A DNA stretch of 62,531 nucleotides, filler included, from Sluysia triapertura (taxonomy: Eukaryota), in the NCBI GenBank assembly GCA_046118255.1. It is 4 parts of 4 records of this genome, joined end to end, with 100 filler letters (N's around TTAATTAATTAA, not from the genome) between each part and the next. Parts side by side here need not be neighbours in the genome. Positions count along the whole stretch, not along the records: positions 45,536 to 62,531 come from JBJNIA010194047.1; 3 more parts are not named here. One strand, 5' to 3'. Each line of letters begins with the position of its first letter. The first letter of the stretch is position 1. Of the stretch, positions 52,311 to 62,531 are shown in pieces. A program made the position numbers and the translations under genes. The notes beneath the pieces are model-generated. The model was not told the origin of the DNA, did no database searches, and saw only the letters and a list, made by a program, of their open reading frames with translations.

Positions 52311-53630
52311 ATATTCAGTCTAAAAGTGGATATAGCATAATATTATACATATCGATTATAATTTACGTTGTATTTATTTGAGAATATTGTATTGAATCGA
52401 TTAACTATAATTTATAAACGTATTATTTGTGAATATTATATAGGATTAAATCAGACTAAAAATTGATATTATCGTTTGTAATAGTTTAAATAGACATTCA
52501 ACATAGTCAGTAGCTGCTGACTGTAGCATTGTCATTTAATGAAGAATTTAATGCGAAGACACTCCTCTCATACGAAGAATTTTATTATTGAAGAATTTTT
52601 TGTCGAAAAATTTTGATACGAATAATCTCCGGTGTTGATATCTGAATCCCCCATTTTCATTTGATAGCTGATCACTTACAGTTTATACGAAGACTACCCT
52701 TTTAATTGGTTTTCTGGGTTTTTCGATTTTCGAATTCCTGATTTTGTACGAAGAATTTTTCACTTGATTGCTACTCACAACATTGTTGCTTACAGTATCC
52801 TGTTATTGATTGTAGTAAGTGTGTATTTATTTTTAGTTTAATATTAAAATTAAATAAATATTAAATCTAATATTAAATTTTTTAAACTAAATTATATTTT
52901 ATTTAATGTATTTTATCGATCTATTTTATAACTAAAAGATTACATAATATATAGAATTTTATTCAACTACATTGTATCATTTCTATTATATAACAAATAA
53001 GACCATATTCGTTTAATTTTATTAATTTTTTTTGATAAAAGTGATTAAAGATAAAGTGAAATAAAATAATTAAATTGAGCAAAAATGTTATATAAGGTAA
53101 AATAAAACAAAGTGAAGTAAAATTCATTACAATAGAGTAGAACCATCGCAAGGCAATATAAAGTTAAAAGTTAAAGTTTCCCATATATAGATAGTGGAGT
53201 ACGATTTATAAATTGAAGTTCAATTGACTCCAGATAAAATTAGAGATTTAAACTAATAAAGCTTAGAAGATCTAATCATATAATAAACACTTCTATTTTG
53301 AACATCTGTGACAAGTATAGGACTCATGACATTAAAGATAAGTATTTTAGATTGAGTTAGACTTTAATTAAGTTAAGTGAATTAGCATGATTATTGACAG
53401 GACCTATACATTCAAAAGAAATTCAACGTAGAGAACAATTGACACAGTACAATAAATCCACATACACATAAAATACACATTTTATAATTTTTACAAACCA
53501 ATAAATTATTTGACTCGAATTTTACTCCATCATGCAAATAATACTTGTATATACCGAGTTAGAAAAAAATTATCTAAAAATAATGTTAAATTGGCAATCC
53601 TGTTTCATGACGAAAAACCATATTATTAAC

Positions 53631-56600
53631 CTCAATTCGATTTTTTTCATCAACTGCCATGTCTTTCTGCTCTGCCAATTTTCTTCTATCTTCTGCAATT
53701 GTTCTTTCAATTTCCATTAGTTTTTGTGGACTGATTTTATCTATTTTTAATTTACGAGGCTTTTTTACTCTTTTTTCGACTCCATTTTCATCAATTATTA
53801 CCTCTTCACTAGAACTCTCTCCTGAACCGTCTTCTATGCCTAAAGTTATGCGAAATATTAATGTATTTTTTGATCACATTATATTTATTAAATAAAGAGC
53901 ACAGAAATGATGATATATTGGTACTGGAATACGTTTTTGTCATCCTTATATTTTCAATAATATTAATTATATTAAAATAAACAATAATGAATTTAACTCT
54001 TACCACTCCAAGAATTTTTCAGAGTGATTTGTAGCCAGTTCGAAACCAATTTAGTTAAATTTGATGCGATTAAAAAGACGCTGTAAGCGTTTTATGAGGT
54101 GGTAAATTAAACGCAATAATAACATTGCAAAATTCTGGCAGTTAAACTATTAAGAGATAAAAGATATAGTATTTTTCCGTTTTCAGATAATGAATTTTAC
54201 GATGAAAATAATTTGATTTCTAGTAGCTAGATGTAATCATCAGGCCAATTTTTGATGTTATTTAAAAACTGAAGGGATACAATAATAAGATCGAAAATAA
54301 TAACAACAAAATCAATGTAACAGATAAATGAATGACAACTAAATCTAATTCAGGCCATATTCAGAGATATTAATTACATTTGCTTCAACAATTTTTCTCT
54401 ATTAGAGAACATCACTTTACTTTAGAAAACCTTCATTTGTTTTAGAAAAGTAACAAAATTGTAATGTCAAAAATTATTAAAACCACACATGGTGAAAATA
54501 AAATAACTTAGTTTTAAATTTTAATATTTTTCATCGTAACATATTAAAGTCTTCAACAAGTAAAACATATTGAAATTTTATATCTCTTTGGCACATTTTT
54601 AAAATGGATATATGTGAACTTATAGATATTGTAATTTTCATATCCAAGATAATTTGTAACCATGGTACGGCAGTTGCAGAAATTAAAATGGAAACACATT
54701 AAGATCTATTTTCAAATATTTAAAGATACAGGAAGTGTTCAAAATTCCCAACATGTCTTTTTGATGAGAAAAGTAAAACCGCGCATTTTAACAAAAACTC
54801 AAAGCTTTCAATAGGAAATATCTCATAATTCTAAATTGCTCTTGAGGTTCTGTTCACAATGATTGAAGAAATAAAGCGGAAATCATTCTTTACAACTTTC
54901 AAAAAATTCATAGTTAGCTGAAGATTTTACCAAACTTTGCTTCAAGTGATAAATAGCTAAGAAAATTTTCGGTAAATTATTAAATGTTAATAAAAGACAG
55001 CATAAATATTATTATCACAGAAGAATAACACACAATACATAAATACTATGGAAATATAATAACAGTAAATCAGAGTAACTAGACTATCAAAAGATCGATT
55101 TAAATTTAACACTTTGAGCGGGATTTGATCTGTAAATTAAGTTCAATATTACTAAAGTGGTTATTGATCAAGCTATTCCTTACAATTAATTATTTGTTGC
55201 AGAAGGAAATTAATTTACTATTATTAATCGAGATTTCGAATTCAGAGAAAGGAGTAAGTAATATTTATTGTTTTATTGCCTGGAAAATAGAATGAAAAAC
55301 GAATAAATTAAAATTGTTACTATTATTATTTTATATAAAACAAATAATTTTTTGAATAATTGTAATAAATAAATTTTATTGAGTTTTCATTCTTATTTAA
55401 ATAAAATTTTAAAATCAAAGAAAAAATTAAAACTGTTGTTTCATTATGTAACATAATTTATTAAGAAATAACTTGTACCAAGTTCAAATTCTTTTTGTTT
55501 TTTAAATTTTAAGAAATTGAAAATAGAGCCTCCAAGAGAGGGATAGTACTATATATTTGTAAAATTAAATTATAATAACGTTTTTACATTAGTTAAAGTC
55601 GAATTTAGATAGACAAAAAGAATTTCATTTAGAGTGCTAAATAAGATAAGAACTTACGCTTCGCACTTCCATTTCAGGTCATCGAAACGGGTATACGAAT
55701 GGATACTTCAACGTAAGGTGAATATAAAGTACAAATAACACTTGTAGAATAAGATAACAAAAAGGAAATTTATATCTACAAAATGTCACACCTCCAATTA
55801 AACTTCATACAAACTGAGAATATTAACAGAGAAGTTTAGAATATTAATTTATAAAGAAATTTAGATTATTAGCAGAAGTAACGAATTTATTATAAGATTT
55901 ATCAAGTATAGAAACACACACAAATTTTCTAAAGAACCACATTAACAAAACCATCAAAATTTTTATTTTCATTTGTTTATTGTTTGCTAGAATTTTCAAA
56001 AATTATTAAATACATTTCTTGGGATGAATATTTTTGTTACACAAATTTAATAAATAAATTATTTACTTTTACTTATATTTACTTTAAAATAATTTACTGA
56101 ACAGTAAATCTATTCGTAAATTAAATTGCAAATCTATAAAATTATTCAAAAATTTTGTATTATTTTACTGAAGGAAAATAAGTCCGTATGGATAGCCTAC
56201 TTTTGATTACTGGATAGTTACATGTAAGTAATATTACACGAGCGATATATCTCAATATGTTGAAAAGGTGTTGTAAGCTTTCTTTGTTGTGAGTTTGTAT
56301 ACTAAATGCTGTATTTCAACAATAGTATAAACAATTCATTATTAATTAATTGTGAAAGAATATCTCGATTAGACTTTCCAAAAAATGGTTTGATACACGT
56401 GATCTATATGTTTGGGCTGTCAAATATACACAAATGCACACTGACTTATGCGTAGAAATTCTTAAAGAATGAAGTTATAAAAGGAGATCTGAGACAATTC
56501 GGAAATCCAATGACGATTCCAGAAAAGCAACAGAAAAAATAAATGTTGAAATGCATCAAAATACGATCCTTTCTTTCATAAGAATATTGTATTTTGTATG

Positions 56601-59600
56601 AAGACATTAAACTTTTTAAAGCATTTGAATTTTGTTGCTTTGGTTCAACTAAAATGATTTTTAATCATAATTGATTATGGACCATCGCACAATACATATC
56701 TGAATATAATTGTGGTGGCCAGCACCATTATACAAAATTTTGGACACATTTTAACACTCCACAACACATCAACATAAACACTGTTCAACGTTTAAATTAC
56801 TTATTACATCAAAATTTTGCATACTCATGTTTAAAATCTATTTAAAAAAATGAAATTTCTATAAAACATCTTTAATTTCTTTTATAACTCTTTCTCTTAC
56901 TCACTCTATTTAACTGTTCTTTTAACTCTTCTATTTAAATGTTCTTTTAACTTACATTTTTCTATCATCTGCTTTTAACTCTCTTCTACACAATGGATTA
57001 TCACGTCAATAACAACAAGAACAGTAATTAGTTCTATCGGAGAAAAAGTTTTCTCATCATCTATCAATGATAATGATAAAACTAACGACGACAAAGGAAA
57101 CAGCAATGAGTTGAAAGTTTATGAAATTCATCGATTTTATCTTATAATTTACGCTTCAAGTTCGGAAAGTTAATTATGAAGTTACAAGACACGTCAATCA
57201 AGATAATGATTAACGATTTTCAAGGTTATAATCAGTTCGAAGACGTTGATCATGTCGAGAAAACACAATTATACTACAAAGTCAACCTTCAAATGTCATG
57301 TATTACTTAAAGAAATATTTACTGAATATAACAGACCATTTTTGCAGAAATCCTTTACCAGATTCATAATACATTACCTTGGATAAATGTACGAATAGAT
57401 ATTAAGCATCAGAACCATTCGATACATCTATAAATCTTCATATGAGATCAAGATCAATAAATATTCCATTGTGGTGCTGTAGTTATTGAAACAGATAAAA
57501 CACTTATTTTACCCATGGAATCAAACAGCCTGTATTATACGAATCAACAAGTTTTATAAATGGTTTATTTAATGAAACTAATTTTTTAACGATTCGATCA
57601 TTTTAACAATATTCACTGTGATTATTTATATAAACAATATACTAAATGTATCAATAAATATCATCAGAATTGTTCTGCTTACAAAATTATCAGTAACATA
57701 TTTATGAATATGGCTTCCAGTCATACTGAATTTCCAACAATGCTTTATTATAAACAATGTTGTCAAGAAACACTCGAATATATTAAGCATAATCATTGCC
57801 AAAAATTTTACCAGAATGCATGCATCCTGCAACAGAAACTGTGTGAAATGATCGACATTAAAATTCTCATTAACACCCAAATTCAGTATTAAACCAGATT
57901 ATTTCAAATGCCATTTAAAACTAATGTATAATCAACATCATTATGGTACTACAACAATTCAAATCTTTATACCGAACAAATCATATAAATTTATTCTCTA
58001 TAACAATACATGATTTGAATAAATACATGATTTATATAAATTTCCAACAATTACCACACAATATTATATTGAAATGGCAGGATAACATTTTAAAAATTTA
58101 CAACATTAAATCAACCAGTCAAAATGGACATACGAATTCAGTTCAGAATATTCTATTATCATTATAATAATAAAAAATTTATCAAAGTTAAATTTTCAGA
58201 ACCAGTCGCTTTAATACTGAAACTTGTTCGAAATGAAAATGTAATTTAAATATTTACAAAATTTTATCATCGAACATTAATGATGAATTATTCATTTTTA
58301 ATGAAAGAAGGTGTTTTTATTTAGTAATAATAAAATTTTTAGAAAAATTAATAAAATACTGCAACGTAGGAAATCACAGTTTTCCTACAATATATAATGG
58401 ATGCAAATATAACAGTATACCACAATTTGATGACATAATTCGCGGCTAAGTTTTGCTTAAAATTATATTCATATCAATCTTAACAATATAAAAATCAATT
58501 TACACTACTAGTGACATTAAATCCTTGCAAACAAAATTTGTTATACTAGATAACATGTAAAAGTCATTGAGTATCCAGTCAATGCCCATAAAGTTATTAT
58601 GAAGGTAGATCATGACTCTTATCCAAAGTGAGATACATATGATGTAATTATCGATGCATATCTTACGTTCTTGGTTTAAAAGGTAATTGGTAAATTTAAT
58701 ACCACAGCTATAGAGATAATGTATCATCCAACTAGCACGATTTTCGAATTTGAACAATTCAACAACTTCGAAGTAATCATCTTTTGTGTGATCACTTATC
58801 TTTTTTTATACTAATGAATTCTCTCTCCCAATATTTTATCTGGTTAATAAATCAATAGAAATGCCTTATTTTATTTGTCTTCAATTAAAAGCATTTTATA
58901 AAGAGATAATCTTTAATAGTATTAATGTATATTTTAAAGACTTTAATAAATATTTCATAACATTTTTATTAGATAAATCAATAACTTTTTCATTAAATAA
59001 AATTTTAAAAGAATACTTTTAGGTTGATTTCTTAGAAAAACTTGTGTAAAATCACTCAGTAACGTTTTGAACTTTTAATTATATATTCACTCAACTGTTA
59101 TTTAACAGTTGAATTAAATATAAAATTCTTTTTATCTCTATATATTTAGACACAATTTCTGTATTAATCCTGCAGTACCAATGTTTCCATTTGGGATACC
59201 ACTGTATCTATCAAAAAAACGATAGGATTGCATGTCTTTTTGTATTTTACGCAATCATGTTTTGTCATGATTTATTCGGGTTTTTTATAAACTAAAATTT
59301 TTACAAATTAAAAATAGGTACTTAATAAATATTAAAATACAATAGTGAACGAAGTGTTTGACAAAAATTACTTAAGCACGTTCGCTAGCAACGCCACATA
59401 TATGCGACGTATCAGTTCTTGCTTTTGAGCCTAGTGATTACCTTATCAGTTTTCGATAAGGTGTTGCGATATTTTTTCGCAGTTAAAAAATTCAATGCCT
59501 TTTAAAGTCACTTAACAAGAAAAATTTCCATGATCATCTGCATAACACCAATTAGTATTTTTTAAATGATTCAAATTAAATAATTTGTGCAACATTTGTA

Positions 59601-60633
59601 CAGAATTTGTGTAAAAATTTTCGGAGAAAAATTAAGTAATTATTTAATTGGTCCTTTTTTCAGCAAAAAGTTTATTCATTTAGTACTGACTTAAATGAAT
59701 GATATCATTTTCTAATATGATATCATTTTGTAAACTAACTTAAGCTGTCTCTCTATCTGTGTATTCATTAATTTGTTTTGCTTGTCACATGAAATTTCCT
59801 TTACTGTTGTGTTGATGAAATACTGAATATTCTTGAATCTATTAATTCCAATTACTTTTAGTTTAGTATTATACTAAATGTGTATTTTAAATTATTTATA
59901 GAATCTTCAACAATTTTAAGCAGTCACATAACACATCATTATTAATAAAGATTTCTTGATATTTCGTTAAGGGAAACATTTTTCATTCCTTTTTTGCTTT
60001 ATTTTCTTATTATTAACATATAAGACATTATTTAATGTGTATCACAATCGTCACATTATCACATGCTACTCACATAAGACATTATAACTAAGCATTATGA
60101 AAATATATCACTCGGCGTTTAGGGTTAATTCATCAAAAAGTTTTCAAAGATCCAAAACAAAACAATTTTTCATAATTTCAATTTTGGATTTAATTGTTCA
60201 TACGATTTTCTTGCAGCTTTTGTAGTAAAGTGAATTTTTACATCCAATATAAAATTAATTAGTTTATATGTATATTAAAAAGTTAAACAGATCTTAGTTT
60301 CTTGTCAAAATATGTTAAGTTGCATAAACAAATTAATACAATTAATCCATTATTGAATTATTTCATACCACTGCCAATAACTAACCTCCTTCTCTTAACA
60401 TTTTCTCCAATTCTTCAAACTCCTTCTGATATTGTCTCAATAATGCATCTTTAGAATCTTCATTAATAACTGCTTTGTTTTTGATATTTTTAGCTCGATT
60501 AGAGTAACGTAATGTGCTAACTGATTCATCGTAATTATAATCCGCTGGACCTATGTTTGCAATCTAAATTGATATTGTAGAAAAATGTATAAAATAAATG
60601 TGCTTTAAAGAAAAGTATAACTATAACTATAAC

Positions 60634-60673
<40 letters not shown>

Positions 60674-61955
60674 TAGTTAAAATATTTCTTAATTTGTAAT
60701 CTAACTTTACTTAGGTTGTTTTAATTCAACAGATATTTTCTTCCATTTACTGAAAGTATTTAAGAAATTCAATATTTTGACTTGCTAATTAAATGTGTCA
60801 AACTCACATATGTGGTTTTTCATTTTCGTTTAGTTATAATATTATTTTGAAGTTACTGAGATGTTTCATCATTTATTTAGAAATTATACTTTAGTTTTAT
60901 TGTAATTTTATAACGAGTAATTTTATTTTGAGATGCTCCAAAGACTGTGAAAGATTGGTGATTCCTCGTTTAATATTTGTGAAAATATCACTTAACAAAG
61001 ATTAAAATAATGATGATCTTTTTATTTTTATCGTTCCATTTTGAATTAAATCTCAGATAATATTAAGGTTTGTAATAAAAATCTAAAAAGATTATAATAT
61101 TATTCAATGATTGAAAATTAGTCTAAAGTTTTCAAAGTACAATTATATTTTATATTTATATAAATATTATAAATAATTTTAAAACTTTTAATTATTTTTC
61201 GTAATTAATAAAAATATCAAATTAATAAAATTCGAACTCAAAATTTGCGTGCATGTCTATGAAAAATAAATGACATAAATGCAGAAGCTTAATTTAAATC
61301 ATGTTAGAAACAATGTTACATTTGAAATATTAGTATGATAATCAAAAACAGCAGACCTCCATCAAAACAGTTCGTGATTAGAACTTTTGTAACTTTTATA
61401 CTTTATAGAAACGTTATTTAATATCATAAAAAAGTAAATAAAATGTATATAAAATAAATAATTAATAAATAAAAAAATTTTTAAGAAACACCATCCAAAT
61501 ATAATCATTCTATCAATGACCCAATAAACATTTCCAAAAAAATCATGAAAATCTTTTCATAATTTCTTGAAAAAGGTTTCTAATGATTAAAACCAATGTC
61601 GGCAAACAACTACTAAAAATATGATTGGTAGTTTAATTAATTTTAATACTGCAAAATTAAAAATGCAAATAAATTACTTTAAGGTAAAATTGTAAAATTA
61701 AAAATAAATCAATAATGTACTAAAATATGAAAGGCAAAAAATAATGTTATTGATAACCATCAAAGTTTTACTATTTCCACCCAATGAATCTTGTAGCAGT
61801 CGAGTTAATTTAGAATTTCTGTACGGAATATGACTACTTTTCCCATCTACAAGAGCAGAAATTACATTACCTAATGTGGCCAAAGAAAGATTTATTTTAT
61901 TAGCCTCTTGTAATCTGATACCAGTAGCACCGGTCTTAGCTTGTCGTTCAGAACC
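53631..61955 (-). CDS. KIF3A: Kinesin-2 motor subunit KIF3A, partial (exons 61758-61955, 60386-60563, 53631-53839)
   Basis: [12 protein letters not shown]...[46 protein letters not shown] | [29 protein letters not shown]...[10 protein letters not shown] | ...[21 protein letters not shown]...DM. Splice phases are consistent, and the RNSKL, GNSKT and ADYNYDE residues fit KIF3A rather than KIF3B. Confidence 0.92.
56711..58170 (+). mobile_element. LTR-headed unit with a disrupted cargo ORF (ATG 56993) inside a KIF3A intron
   Basis: TGTGGTGGCCAGCACC start, a C/A-rich tract, pyrimidine-rich TTTAACTC repeats, then decayed coding sequence including 57704-57892 and 57943-58167. Confidence 0.5.
60617..60670 (+). 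repeat. (TATAAC)n/(AAT)n microsatellite
   Basis: Seen directly in a KIF3A intron. Confidence 0.9.
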
Positions 61956-62327
61956 CTAAAACATAATTAACCACATTTTAAAAATAATCTAATTATAATT
62001 ATATATATGTAATTTAATTTTATAGTTTATAATTATAATTAAATAATGTATAATGTGGTGAATAATTATAATTTTATAATTTAAAATAAATCTTTATAAA
62101 ATTGGAATCTTACTAAAATGGAATCATCTAGGGTGAATCCATCAAGAATACTGAGTTTAATCGAGGTAAGTAAACGATATTATAATATGAAAGCGATTTA
62201 TCAAGTGGTATAAAGATAGCTTAGAATTAAGCAATATTTCCAATAGAATGCGCAAGAATATTAACAGAAATAGTGGATTCTAGTTTATCAAAATCTGATT
62301 TATCATTTCGAATAAGCAGAAAAACAC

Positions 62328-62480
62328 TGTGGTGGTCCAGCCCACACCTATCTACATATCACATAAACCTCAACACAAAAAAATTAACCATAACAAATTT
62401 TACACATATCATTCACAACATTACATCACTTATCATTATAATATCACAAATACCTAGTAAAATTTCTTTTATTAATAATT
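62328..62480 (+). mobile_element. LTR-like head near the window end
   Basis: TGTGGTGGTCCAGCCC followed by a G-poor C/A-rich tract. Confidence 0.55.
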
Positions 62481-62531
62481 TTTAATCAAAATATTAAACT
62501 CAATGTTCATTGTCATTTTTATTATCATTAT

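Noticed and set aside
54210-54246. Minus-strand CTGATGA...GAAA hammerhead ribozyme
   Set aside because: Stem II does not pair next to the core, and stems I and III are not evident.
54300-55300. hAT transposase relic
   Set aside because: Only a faint SNSEKG(V)S resemblance to the dimerisation motif, which is too decayed to support.

Overview
This is a very AT-rich eukaryotic (animal) window, not prokaryotic. The low GC content, GTTAGT/GTAAGT introns and a cecropia-type mariner relic suggest a planarian-like flatworm, but that is inference. It is four separate pieces joined by artificial 100-nt spacers (N44-TTAATTAATTAA-N44) at 17519-17618, 32772-32871 and 45436-45535, so adjacency across spacers means nothing. 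Recognisable spliced host genes, all partial: USP8-like deubiquitinase (-), mRNA capping enzyme guanylyltransferase domain RNGTT (+), one bestrophin exon (+), three kinesin-2 KIF3A exons (-), and one unassigned low-complexity first exon. The rest is decayed mobile DNA: two Ty3/Gypsy relics (one with a PBS, one with a PPT), pogo, mariner and probable Penelope-like fragments, a split tRNA-like SINE head and a perfect heat-shock-element array. The most unusual signal is a repeated unit that begins with the LTR-start motif TGT(A/G)GTGG(C/T)C and a G-poor C/A-rich tract. It leads, often through a leader with homologous long hairpins, into a different intronless non-gag/pol cargo ORF in each copy, one of which carries a CCCH zinc finger. 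Several such units are packed into the second contig.
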